The notes beneath the pieces are model-generated. The model searched no databases. It worked only from the letters and a program-made list of their open reading frames with translations, and was not told the DNA's origin. From positions 2,400,001-2,464,000 of the forward strand of contig OY820591.1 of NCBI GenBank assembly GCA_963555985.3: DNA of 64,000 nucleotides, given 5' to 3'. The translations under genes were made by a program, and so were the position numbers. Shown here piece after piece: positions 26,647 through 35,533 of this stretch. Source of the stretch: Dehalococcoidia bacterium. Lineage in GTDB: Bacteria; Chloroflexota; Dehalococcoidia; Bin125. Numbering within the stretch: position 1 is the stretch's first letter; the number at the start of each line of letters is the position of its first letter.

Positions 26647-26850
26647 CCTCACCCTAGCCCCCGCATCAAGTGCGGGGCAGGCTCTCTCCCAGAGGAGACC
26701 TGCACGTAAGTCGATTTTTCCGCCATTGCCGCGCTCCGCCGCGGCAATCTCGCGGTGCTTGCGACGACGGCGCAGATCACGGCGAGATACCCGCGGCAAG
26801 CGCGGGTATGACGGAGCTTTGATTTACGCACAGGTCTCTTCCGGGAGAGC
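26647..26850 (+). repeat. BoxC-like repeat (family E) containing a 24-nt insert and a MITE
   Basis: CCTCACCCTAGCC|insert 26660-26683|CTCTCCC..|MITE|..GGGAGAG. Confidence 0.7.
26695..26838. mobile_element. MITE family 2 copy (144 bp)
   Basis: TIRs GAGACCTGCACGTAA / TTACGCACAGGTCTC around two facing family A palindromes. Confidence 0.75.
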
Positions 26851-26866
26851 GTTGGGGTACGGGTCG

Positions 26867-27223
26867 CTAGTCGCCGGCATCCAGCTTTGACAACCCTGCT
26901 GCGGTGATCGTGTATTCGAACTGTTCGTCGTCGAAATCGGTTGCACGCATGGTGATGATTGCGGGCGGCTCTACGCCGTCGGCGATCAAGGCCGGATAGA
27001 GTCCGCCGGCGATTGCTCGCAGCAGCGCTTGGGTCTGCGCTTCCGAGAGCGGCCCGCAGGCCGCCTCAAAGCGCTGCTTGGCGTCCAGAGCCAGATAGAG
27101 GGCGCACTCCAGGCTGCCGCGCCCTTCGCGCCGAATGTGGAAGTCGGCGGCGTCCGGGCCGCCGGCCGTCGGTGCCGGGCCTTCGTATTCGACTACTACC
27201 GTCGCCGACGCATCCGTCGTCAT
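26867..27223 (-). CDS. Hypothetical protein between argG and argH
   Basis: Protein-like composition, GGGAG RBS upstream of ATG 27223, co-oriented immediately after argG. Confidence 0.65.
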   Translation of the reverse strand: MTTDASATVVVEYEGPAPTAGGPDAADFHIRREGRGSLECALYLALDAKQRFEAACGPLSEAQTQALLRAIAGGLYPALIADGVEPPAIITMRATDFDDEQFEYTITAAGLSKLDAGD

Positions 27224-27241
27224 ACGAGTCTCCCGCTCCAC

Positions 27242-28495
27242 TCAGTCGATGCGGCCAGAGCTGACATCAAGCGGACCGCCCGGCTGCTTGAGCAGCTGTT
27301 GCTGCGCCTGCACTCGCGTCGGCAGACCCCAGATGTCGATGAAACCGACGGCGGAAGTCTGGTCGAACACGTCGCCCTCATCGTAGGTGGCAAGCGAATA
27401 CTGGTACAGACTCCAGTCGCTCTCGACGCCGACAGCGACGGCCTGGCCTTTGTAGAGCTTGATCCGAGTGCGGCCGCTGACGTGGCGCTGCATGGAGGCG
27501 GTGAAGGCGGCGAGATCCTGGTGGGTGGCGGTGAACCAGAGGCCCTCGTAGATCAGGTCGGCGTAATCCTGCATCAGGCGGTGCTTGAGACGGAGCTGAC
27601 TTTTGCTGAGGGTGAGGGTTTCGAGGGCTTGATGGGCGACTCGCAGGGTGGTTGCGGCGGGCGCTTCGTAGACCTCGCGGGACTTAATCCCCACGAGGCG
27701 GTCTTCGACCATATCGATCCGTCCGACACCGTGGGCAGCGGCGCGCTCGTGGATGCGGGTAATCAGGGTGACCGGCTCGATTTCTTCGCCGTCAAGGGAG
27801 ACGGGGCGTCCGCGCTCGAAGCCGATTTCGAGGTATTCGGGTTCGTCGGGGGCGTCTTGGGGATTGATCGTCCAATCCCAGACGTCGTCCGGAGGTTCGA
27901 CCCAGGGGTCTTCGAGCGGACCGGCTTCGATTGAGCGGCCCCAGAGATTTTCGTCGGTCGAGTACTGCTTGTCGACGCTGACCGTGATCGGGATGTCGTG
28001 GGCCTGGGCGTAGACAATCTCCGACTCGCGGGTCGTCAACTCCCATTCGCGGACGGGTGCGAGGATGCGCAGATCGGGGGCGAGGGCCTGGACGGAGACA
28101 TCGAAGCGGACCTGGTCGTTGCCTTTGCCGGTGCAGCCGTGGGCGACGGCGGTGGCGTTGTAGCGGCGGGCGACATCGACCAGGGTCTTGGCGATTAATG
28201 GTCGGGCGAGCGCTGTGGCAAGCGGGTAGCGGCCTTCGTACAGCGCCCCGGCCATGAGCGCGGGAAAGCAGAAGGCGCGGGCGAAATCGTCGCGCAGATC
28301 GTGCATCTCAAAGGCGATTGCGCCAGCCGCCTTGGCTCGGGTTTCGAGGTCTTCGTCGGCTTCAAGGAAGCCCATGTCTGCGGTCATGCAGACGACTTGC
28401 CAACCGCGTTCGGTCAGCCAGCGCGTGACCACCGAGGTATCGAGGCCGCCGCTGTACGCGAGTACTACCCGCCGATCCTGTGTGCGTGTCGCCAC
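27242..28495 (-). CDS. argG: Argininosuccinate synthase
   Basis: LAYSGGLDTS, LATALARP, HGCTGKGNDQVRF, GIKSREVYEAP. Confidence 0.98.
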   Translation of the reverse strand: MATRTQDRRVVLAYSGGLDTSVVTRWLTERGWQVVCMTADMGFLEADEDLETRAKAAGAIAFEMHDLRDDFARAFCFPALMAGALYEGRYPLATALARPLIAKTLVDVARRYNATAVAHGCTGKGNDQVRFDVSVQALAPDLRILAPVREWELTTRESEIVYAQAHDIPITVSVDKQYSTDENLWGRSIEAGPLEDPWVEPPDDVWDWTINPQDAPDEPEYLEIGFERGRPVSLDGEEIEPVTLITRIHERAAAHGVGRIDMVEDRLVGIKSREVYEAPAATTLRVAHQALETLTLSKSQLRLKHRLMQDYADLIYEGLWFTATHQDLAAFTASMQRHVSGRTRIKLYKGQAVAVGVESDWSLYQYSLATYDEGDVFDQTSAVGFIDIWGLPTRVQAQQQLLKQPGGPLDVSSGRID

Positions 28496-28520
28496 CCGTG
28501 CTCTCCCCTATGTGTGTGTT

Positions 28521-28620
28521 CGGCCGTACGGTCCTGTTCGGGTCTGTTCGGCCTTGTTCGATTCTGTGCGGGTTCGTTTGATCCTGTGCGAGCGCGTTCG
28601 GCCCGGTTCGGTCTGTTCGG
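28521..28620. repeat. 10-bp periodic GTTCG array filling the argD-argG spacer
   Basis: Nine consecutive decamers ending GT(T/G/A)(C/T)G, plus one shifted by 1 nt. Confidence 0.8.
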
Positions 28621-29805
28621 CTACTCGGCGATTGCGCCGAGTGCGTCGTCGATGATGGCGAGCGCCTGGTCGATCTCAGCCTCGGAGATCGTGAGCGGCG
28701 GCACTAGGCGGAGGACGTTTGGCTTGACCACGTTGCAGATCAGGCCGCGCTCGCGGATTGCGGTGACCAGCGCGGGGCCAACATCGGCGGTCAGTTCGAC
28801 AGCGATCAGCAGGCCCTTGCCGCGCACGTGGTCGATCAGCGGATGGCGGTCTTCGAGCGCGCGGAGTCCGGTTGTGAGCTGCTCGCCGCGGGCGGCAGCC
28901 TGGGCGGGGATGTCCTCTTCGATGATGACTCGGAGCGTTTCCAGGGCGACGGCGGTGGTGAAGGGTTGTCCGCCGAAGGTGGTGCCGTGGTCGCCGGGTT
29001 CGAGGATGTCGCCGCGTTCGTTGGCGACGATTGCGCCGATGGGGACACCGCTGCCGAGGCCTTTGGCGAGAGCCATGACGTCGGGCTGGACGTCTTCGTG
29101 CTGCCAGGCGAAGAGCTTGCCGGTTCTGCCGATGCCGGTCTGGACTTCGTCCAGCATCAGGAGCAGGTTGTGCTCGTCGCAGATGTCGCGGAGGGCGGCG
29201 AGATAGCCGTCGCCGGCGACATTGACGCCGCCCTCACCCTGCAAGGGTTCAACGAGGATGGCGGCTGTCTGCGGGCCAACCGCTTCACGCACTGCTTCAA
29301 CATCGTTGAAGGGAACGTGGACGAAACCGTCGAGCGGGCCGAAGGGTTCGCGGTAGCGGGGATTGCCGGAGGCGTTGACGGAGGCGAGCGTGCGTCCGTG
29401 GAAGGCTTCGTCCATGACGATGATGTCGGAGGCGCCGTCGCGGCGGGTTTGGCCCCACTTGCGTCCGATCTTGATCGCGCCCTCAGTCGCTTCGGCGCCG
29501 CTGTTGCAGAAGAAGATGCGGGTCATGCCGGACTGTTCGAGGATGACGTCGGCGAGATCGAGTTGAGGGATGGTGTAGAAGTAGTTGGAGACGTGGAGCA
29601 GGGTCTCGGATTGGTTGCGGATCGCTTCGACGATGCGTGGGTGGCAGTGGCCGAGGTTGTCGGCGGCGATGCCGGCGACGAAGTCGAGGTACTCGTTGCC
29701 CTCGTCGTCCCAGACTTTGGAGCCTTCGCCGCGCACCAGCGTGACGGGCAAACGGCCCGCGGACATCATGAAGACAGCGGACTCGCGCTCAGCGGTGGTG
29801 GGCAT
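28621..29805 (-). CDS. argD: Acetylornithine aminotransferase
   Basis: YLDFVAGIA, NSGAEA, FHGRT, EPLQGEGG, DEVQTGIGRTG, LAKGLG; located in arg cluster. Confidence 0.93.
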   Translation of the reverse strand: MPTTAERESAVFMMSAGRLPVTLVRGEGSKVWDDEGNEYLDFVAGIAADNLGHCHPRIVEAIRNQSETLLHVSNYFYTIPQLDLADVILEQSGMTRIFFCNSGAEATEGAIKIGRKWGQTRRDGASDIIVMDEAFHGRTLASVNASGNPRYREPFGPLDGFVHVPFNDVEAVREAVGPQTAAILVEPLQGEGGVNVAGDGYLAALRDICDEHNLLLMLDEVQTGIGRTGKLFAWQHEDVQPDVMALAKGLGSGVPIGAIVANERGDILEPGDHGTTFGGQPFTTAVALETLRVIIEEDIPAQAAARGEQLTTGLRALEDRHPLIDHVRGKGLLIAVELTADVGPALVTAIRERGLICNVVKPNVLRLVPPLTISEAEIDQALAIIDDALGAIAE

Positions 29806-30034
29806 GATTCAGACTCCATCGGCGGTCGGGAAGCAGCGCTCCAAGTAGGGCAAGGCTAGGTTAGGCGCTGCGGAGCGTCTATCGGGTTGGGGGCGGTGCG
29901 ATCCGCGTGCGACGCGGGGAGCGTCGTGAGGTCAACAGTAGCGCTCGTGTCCGGGCAGGGATCGGGGCGTGGGCAGGCTGCTGCGCGACCTCTTCCGCTG
30001 CACCACGGGAGTGAGGGGGATGGTTCAGGCGCGA

Positions 30035-33000
30035 TTACTCGGTGGCTTGGTTGAGGCGTTCGAGGATTTGGCCGAGGCGCTCGATTGTCTGGCCGTAGCC
30101 GGCCCAGTCGCCTTCGCGTTGGCGTTCGAGAGCTTCTTCGAAGACGTCTTGGGCTTGCTGGGCAAGCTCGGCGGCATCGCCGCTGAGTTCGATTGGGGCG
30201 GCCTGCTCCTCCTCGGTCTGCGGTTCCTCCGGTTCGCGTTCGCGTTCGACCGGCTGGGCGATGTCCGCCGATTCTTCATTGGGCGCGTCGCTCAGGGTCA
30301 GGCCGGTGGGGGAACGGTTGCCGAGCGCGACCGCGACCGCGTCCCTAAACGTCTCCTCGAAGGCGATCGTGTCGCCGTTGACGACGATCACGCCTTTGAG
30401 CTGAGGGAAGCGTCCGTTTTCGGCTTGCAGATAGATCGGTTCGACGTAGACGTAGGAGTTGCCAACCGGAATGAAGAGCAGGTTGCCCCGGATCACCTCG
30501 CTTCCCTGCTGGCCTAACAGCGTGAATTGGCGGGAGACGGCGACATCCTGATCGATCCGGTTTTCGATCTGGGCGGGTCCGTCCACGTTCTTGTTGGCGG
30601 GGAAGCGGAAGGCGAAGAGTTTGCCGTAGTTCTCGCCGTCGGAGCGTCCGGCCATCCAGGCGATCGAGTTGAGCCGGTTGCGCGGGGTGAAGGGCAAGAT
30701 CAGGAGGAACTCGGGCTTAGGCTGCTCAGGCAGGCGCAGGGTGACGTAGTAGGGCTCGACCGGGATTTGCTGTTGGCGCAGGAGTTCCTGCGGGATCGCC
30801 CAGAGGTCTTCGCGGTTGAAGAGGCCGCGGGCCGATTCGATGTGGTAGGTCAGGTACTGGTCGGCCTGGACCTGGAAATAGTCCTGCGGGTAGCGCCAGT
30901 GCGCCTGAAGATCGGCCGGGAACTCATCGGCCGGCTTGAACAGTTCGGGGAAGATATCGGCCCAGACCTGGATGATCGGGTCGCTGTCGTCAACGATGTA
31001 GAGGTCGACCGTGCCGTGGTAGGCGTCAATCACGGCTTTGACCGAGTTGCGCTGGTAGTTGTTGCCGTTGCCATGCGGCTGCGAGTAGGGGTAACGGTCG
31101 GTGACGGTGTAGGCGTCCTGGATCCAGTAGAGGCGGCCATCACGTCCAACGACGATGTAGGGGTCGGCGTCGAGCTGGAGGAAGGGCGCGAGGGTGTGGA
31201 CGCGCTCCTGGATCAGGCGTCGGAAGAGGATGCGGCTGTTGCCGTCAACCGAACCCGAGATCAGGATGTTGGCGTCGCCAAACGACCAGGAGAAGGCCAG
31301 ACGGCGGAAGAAGCCGCCGAGTTCGATCCCGCCCTGCCCCGCATAGCGGTTCGTGACGCTCTCGGTGCTGCCTGTGGCGCTGTCGCCGCCGCTGAGCGGG
31401 TAGTCGAACTCCTCGGTGTCGGTGTCGGCGATCACGTAGGCGTCGGTGACTTCGCCGTAGTAGATACGCGGCTCGGTGATTTCCAGGTCAAGCATGCCGC
31501 TGTCGGTCGTCGCAGTCACTTCGGGCGGGATGTTCGAGACCCAGAAGACGGGTTCGCCGGCGACGGTGACCTCATCGACGGGGGTCATCACGATCCCGAA
31601 GCCGTGGGTGAACTGGAGCCGCTTGTTGACCCAGCCCTGCTGGTTGGCCTGCAAGTTGGCCTGCGACAGCTCACGCGCGGCGAGGAAGACCTGACGTTCT
31701 TCATCCCCGATGCGATAGCGATCGACATCGACGTCGGGATAGAAGTAGAGCGGGCGGATGGTCTGGATCGTGTTCAAGGTGTCGTTGAGCGGCCGATGGT
31801 CCCAGAGGCGCACGTTTCTCAGCGCCTCGGGGTTGAGCGCGAGATCATCGCCGATCACCGCATCGTTGGCGGGGAACTCGCGCTCCTCGATTCGATCGAG
31901 TGCAAAGGCGGCGCGGGTGGCGGCGATGTTGCGCTCGATGTAGGGGGTTTCGCGTTCGAGTTCGTTCGGCTCGACCGTGAAGCGCTGGACGGCGGCGGGC
32001 AGGATCGAAGCGCCGACGATACTGACGAGGATCAAGAACACGATCGGGATCACGGCGGCGCGCAGGCGCTCGTGGAAGGGCCAGGAGAGCACGCCGACGA
32101 TCACGATGAGGCCGGCCACCATCTTCACGATTTGGGCGGGGGCGCGGATGTTGTCGTCGGTGTAGGTGGCGCCGAAGACGAATCCGCCCGGATTGAGGGC
32201 AAGCTCGAAGCGCGCGAGCCAGTAGCTCCAGACGAACAGGCCCATGACGATCGCGATCATCAACGCCAGATGGATGCGCACGCCCAAGGTGGAGCGGGCC
32301 TGTCCGCGGTGGAGCATGAGGCGAATGCCGTAGACGGCGGCGGTGATCAGCATCGCCAGGATGGCGACGCCGGTGGCCCAGCCTTTCATGAACTGCAAGG
32401 CCTCGAGGTCGAAGACGTAGAAACCGACATCGCGTCCAAACTGCGGGTCTTCGATGCCGAACGGCTTGGCGTTGAGGTATTGCAGGATCAGTTCCCAGTT
32501 GCCGGCGGCGACCGAGCCGAAGATGATCGCCAGCATGAGGGTGGCGACGAGCGAGATGATGCGGATCAGGCGAAGCAGGCCGGGATCGTCGACGGCGGGC
32601 GCGACTGCGTCGACCGGCATTCGCCAGGCGACGATTTGGGTGAGTCCCAACGCGACCAGAGCGATGCCGGCGCCGGCGACGAAGAGCCAAACCTGGGTGA
32701 CGACGCGCAGGTCGAAGACGCCGCGATAGCCGATGTTGCCGAACCAGAGCCGGTCGACGTAAATGTCGATGCCGATGTTGAGCAGGATCAGGAGGACGAG
32801 GATGGAAGAGCCGATCGCGACGATGCGCGGCCACCAGCGGCGCTGCTGAGGAGGCTGACCCTCGGCGGCGGTGTAGGGCGGGGGTTCGTCACCGCCGCCG
32901 AAGCCTCCGCCTCCGCCGAGGCCTTCGCGGAAGACGGGCGGGGGCGGGCCGAGGTCGCCGGAACGGCCTTCGTCGGAGGGAGGCACGTCGCGGGGCGCGT

Positions 33001-33055
33001 CGTCGCCGTTGCGCCAGCCGCCGGAAACCATCTGCCGGATCGTCTCAATTTGCAT
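30035..33055 (-). CDS. UPF0182-family membrane protein
   Basis: DPQFGRDVGFY, GATYTD, VEPNEL..E, NVRLWD, FTHGFG, PRIYYGE, DAYT, RNSVK, RYPQDYF. Confidence 0.93.
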   Translation of the reverse strand: MQIETIRQMVSGGWRNGDDAPRDVPPSDEGRSGDLGPPPPVFREGLGGGGGFGGGDEPPPYTAAEGQPPQQRRWWPRIVAIGSSILVLLILLNIGIDIYVDRLWFGNIGYRGVFDLRVVTQVWLFVAGAGIALVALGLTQIVAWRMPVDAVAPAVDDPGLLRLIRIISLVATLMLAIIFGSVAAGNWELILQYLNAKPFGIEDPQFGRDVGFYVFDLEALQFMKGWATGVAILAMLITAAVYGIRLMLHRGQARSTLGVRIHLALMIAIVMGLFVWSYWLARFELALNPGGFVFGATYTDDNIRAPAQIVKMVAGLIVIVGVLSWPFHERLRAAVIPIVFLILVSIVGASILPAAVQRFTVEPNELERETPYIERNIAATRAAFALDRIEEREFPANDAVIGDDLALNPEALRNVRLWDHRPLNDTLNTIQTIRPLYFYPDVDVDRYRIGDEERQVFLAARELSQANLQANQQGWVNKRLQFTHGFGIVMTPVDEVTVAGEPVFWVSNIPPEVTATTDSGMLDLEITEPRIYYGEVTDAYVIADTDTEEFDYPLSGGDSATGSTESVTNRYAGQGGIELGGFFRRLAFSWSFGDANILISGSVDGNSRILFRRLIQERVHTLAPFLQLDADPYIVVGRDGRLYWIQDAYTVTDRYPYSQPHGNGNNYQRNSVKAVIDAYHGTVDLYIVDDSDPIIQVWADIFPELFKPADEFPADLQAHWRYPQDYFQVQADQYLTYHIESARGLFNREDLWAIPQELLRQQQIPVEPYYVTLRLPEQPKPEFLLILPFTPRNRLNSIAWMAGRSDGENYGKLFAFRFPANKNVDGPAQIENRIDQDVAVSRQFTLLGQQGSEVIRGNLLFIPVGNSYVYVEPIYLQAENGRFPQLKGVIVVNGDTIAFEETFRDAVAVALGNRSPTGLTLSDAPNEESADIAQPVEREREPEEPQTEEEQAAPIELSGDAAELAQQAQDVFEEALERQREGDWAGYGQTIERLGQILERLNQATE

Positions 33056-33057
33056 GA

Positions 33058-33837
33058 TCAGACCAACGCCGTTCCCAGTTCGGCGCCGTTGAGGGCGACG
33101 CGCACGGCGCCCGGCTCGCGTCCGTCGATGATGCGCACGGACGCGCCGGCTGCGAGCGCTTCGCGCCCGGCGCGCAGTTTGGGCAGCATCCCGCCGGAGA
33201 TCGCACCGGACTCAGTGAGCTGATCTTGCTGTTGGGCAGTTAAGCGATGAATGGGCTCGTCCTCGTTGTCCAGCACTGCCGAAACGTCGGTCAGGAAGAG
33301 TAACTCGTCTGCGCCCAGGGCCGCCGCCACCGCGCCAGCCGCGCCGTCGGCGTTGATGTTGAGGATCGTTGAGCCGTCCTCCGCGACTCCGACCGGAGAG
33401 AGGACGGGCAACATGCCGGCGTTGAGCACGCGGGTCAGCGTGGTCGGATCGCAGCGCGGTGTTTCTCCAACCAAGCCGAGTCTGCCGCTGATCGGCGAAC
33501 GCAACGTCGCGCCGTCAACGCCGCTCAGCCCGACCGCCGGCGCGCCCAGTTCGAGCAGTTGACGAGCGAGCTGTTTGTTGATCAGGCCCGAGAGTACTGC
33601 GACGACCACTTCCAAGGACTGCGGCGTGGTCACGCGCAGCCCGTCCACCCATTCGGTTTCGGCGCCCAAGCGGCGCTGCCAATCGGTCACGGCTGCGCCG
33701 CCGCCGTGGATGATCACGACCTGGCGTCCCTCGCGGCAGAGTCGGACGCAATCGGAGAGCGAGGTGTCATGCTCGCCCAAGGTAGAGCCGCCGATCTTGA
33801 TCACGATTGGTCGCTGGGATCGCGGGGAGGAAGGCAT
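33058..33837 (-). CDS. argB: Acetylglutamate kinase
   Basis: VIKIGGS, IHGGG, GLRVT, NINAD, GGMLPKL. Confidence 0.95.
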   Translation of the reverse strand: MPSSPRSQRPIVIKIGGSTLGEHDTSLSDCVRLCREGRQVVIIHGGGAAVTDWQRRLGAETEWVDGLRVTTPQSLEVVVAVLSGLINKQLARQLLELGAPAVGLSGVDGATLRSPISGRLGLVGETPRCDPTTLTRVLNAGMLPVLSPVGVAEDGSTILNINADGAAGAVAAALGADELLFLTDVSAVLDNEDEPIHRLTAQQQDQLTESGAISGGMLPKLRAGREALAAGASVRIIDGREPGAVRVALNGAELGTALV

Positions 33838-33843
33838 ACGCGC

Positions 33844-33886
33844 AGCCTATCTCACAGCCGCATCCGGGGCGGCGCGGGGGTATCGT
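33844..33886. promoter_or_regulatory. Back-to-back -10 elements for probable leaderless argB and oxidoreductase mRNAs
   Basis: TAGGCT 6 nt before argB ATG (minus strand); TATCGT 7 nt before GTG 33894 (plus strand); no SD on either side. Confidence 0.5.
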
Positions 33887-33893
33887 CGGATGT

Positions 33894-34934
33894 GTGAGCG
33901 CGCGCGCGACCAATCACGCGATTCTGTTCCTGCTGGGCTTCGAGCTGATTTCGGGGCTGGTCAGCTTCACGATCGGCGGGCCGAACGGGGCCTGGGTCTT
34001 CTGGCTGCACGGCGTAGCCGGATTTTCGCTGGTCGCGCTGACCGTCTGGAAGCGGCGGATCATCGTGCGCTCGTTCGCGCGCCGGGGCGCGGGGCTCTGG
34101 TCGGTCGCGCCGGTCGTCCTGGCTCTGATCTTCATCGGCGCGCTGCTGACCGGAGCGCTGTGGGCGTTCATGGGGCGCGGGAGCCTTGACCTGCCGGGCT
34201 ACGGCAACGTGCGACTGCTCGTGATTCATACGGCGCTCGGACTGGCGATTACCGTGCCGCTGATCGTTCACGCAGCGGTGCGTTGGCCGCGCAATCCTCG
34301 CATCTCCGACTTCAGCTCACGCCGCGCCGCACTACGACTGTTCGCAGTCGGCGCGACGGGATTGGCGCTCTGGGGGACGGCGCGCGCGGCTGCGCCGGCG
34401 CTGGGGCAGGCGCCGCGCTTTACGGGATCGCGTGAACGAGCATCGCATCAGGGCAACGCGCATCCGGTGACGCAGTGGCTGTTCGATTCGCGGCAGCGGA
34501 TTGATCGCGACGCTTGGCAGCTGCGCGTGAGCGGAGAGGTTGGTAAGCAGTTGAGTCTGAGTTATGAGCAACTCAGAAGCATTGCTCAGCATGGAGCGAC
34601 GGCGACGCTTGATTGCACAGGCGGCTGGTACACGGTGCAGGACTGGAGCGGAGTGCAGTTGTCAGAGGTGTTGGCGCTGGCGTCGCCCGGGGACGAGGCG
34701 GAGAGCGTGGTGATCGAGTCGGTGACCGGGTTTAGCCGTCGTTTTCCGATCGGAGAGGCGGAGCGCCTGTTGCTGGCCACTCATGTGGAGGGCGAGCCGC
34801 TGTCAGCAGGGCATGGGTATCCGCTGCGGTTGGTCGCGCCGGGTCGGCGGGGGTATCAGTGGGTGAAGTGGGTGTCGGGGATTGAGGTGAGCGGGAAGCC
34901 GTCGTGGTGGCAGCCGCCGCTGCCGTTGCAGTAG
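33894..34934 (+). CDS. Membrane-anchored molybdopterin oxidoreductase (sulfite oxidase family)
   Basis: N-terminal TM helices with His residues; LDCTGGW, WSGV, LSAGHGYPLRLVAPGRRGYQWVKW. Confidence 0.88.
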   Translation: MSARATNHAILFLLGFELISGLVSFTIGGPNGAWVFWLHGVAGFSLVALTVWKRRIIVRSFARRGAGLWSVAPVVLALIFIGALLTGALWAFMGRGSLDLPGYGNVRLLVIHTALGLAITVPLIVHAAVRWPRNPRISDFSSRRAALRLFAVGATGLALWGTARAAAPALGQAPRFTGSRERASHQGNAHPVTQWLFDSRQRIDRDAWQLRVSGEVGKQLSLSYEQLRSIAQHGATATLDCTGGWYTVQDWSGVQLSEVLALASPGDEAESVVIESVTGFSRRFPIGEAERLLLATHVEGEPLSAGHGYPLRLVAPGRRGYQWVKWVSGIEVSGKPSWWQPPLPLQ

Positions 34935-34941
34935 GGCGGAG

Positions 34942-35211
34942 TTACGCAGGCCTGTTTCTCAAGATTGCCAGAATTCTCACTCGCTCCTCAGATTCAAACA
35001 GAGCGTAAACCAAGCCCACATTGCCGTTATCAAGCATTCGGATGTCTTGTCCAGCGAGTGCAGGATGTCGAAGATGGCGCCCCTTCAGCCACTCGCTGTG
35101 CGGTCGTCCGGCAACTGCCTTGAGGACAAAGAGCTTATCGATACCAGGTTGAGACAAGAGCGAGTCGAATTCACGACGCGCGTCACTCGTCCATTCGATC
35201 TCGAAATCCAC
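34942..35211 (-). CDS. RelE/ParE-like toxin
   Basis: 89 aa, FEIEWTSDARREFDSL start, RM..GLVY..VRILAI end; start overlaps partner stop; lower GC than flanks. Confidence 0.6.
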   Translation of the reverse strand: MDFEIEWTSDARREFDSLLSQPGIDKLFVLKAVAGRPHSEWLKGRHLRHPALAGQDIRMLDNGNVGLVYALFESEERVRILAILRNRPA

Positions 35212-35432
35212 TATGGCAATTCGTCGAGGAGCTCAGCAATTCGCACGAGATCCGGATCCAGATCGCGCAACACTTCCTCATTGGAGAGCACAGTGTCCTC
35301 GCCCCGCCGCATCTGTTCGACCCTACGAATGATCTCGGATATGGCTTCCGGTTCTATCTCCCCATCAAGAACAGGCCCTGGAGCGGCGGCTTGCTCCAGT
35401 TCCTGCGAAGAGGAAACGAGTGCTTTTGCCAT
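35211..35432 (-). CDS. Putative antitoxin (addiction module component-like)
   Basis: Small acidic protein with EIIRRVEQMRRGE..LSNEEVL pattern, GAGGAG RBS, upstream of toxin. Confidence 0.6.
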   Translation of the reverse strand: MAKALVSSSQELEQAAAPGPVLDGEIEPEAISEIIRRVEQMRRGEDTVLSNEEVLRDLDPDLVRIAELLDELP

Positions 35433-35533
35433 GATGCCACTCCTCATCTGGCGCGGTCGTCATCGTCGCCGCAGCCGACAGCGCCAGTGTGGAGCAATCG
35501 TAGCACTCGCGATTGGCACTCGCGGCGCACCGG

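Noticed and set aside
28521-28620. LexA (GAAC-N4-GTTC) SOS boxes
   Set aside because: Half sites are direct repeats at 10 bp, not inverted pairs
29806-30034. Riboswitch or ncRNA in the UPF0182-argD spacer
   Set aside because: No recognisable aptamer motif or terminator; would need an Rfam scan
30527-33223. 898-aa plus-strand ORF
   Set aside because: Antisense shadow of UPF0182 caused by high-GC codon bias
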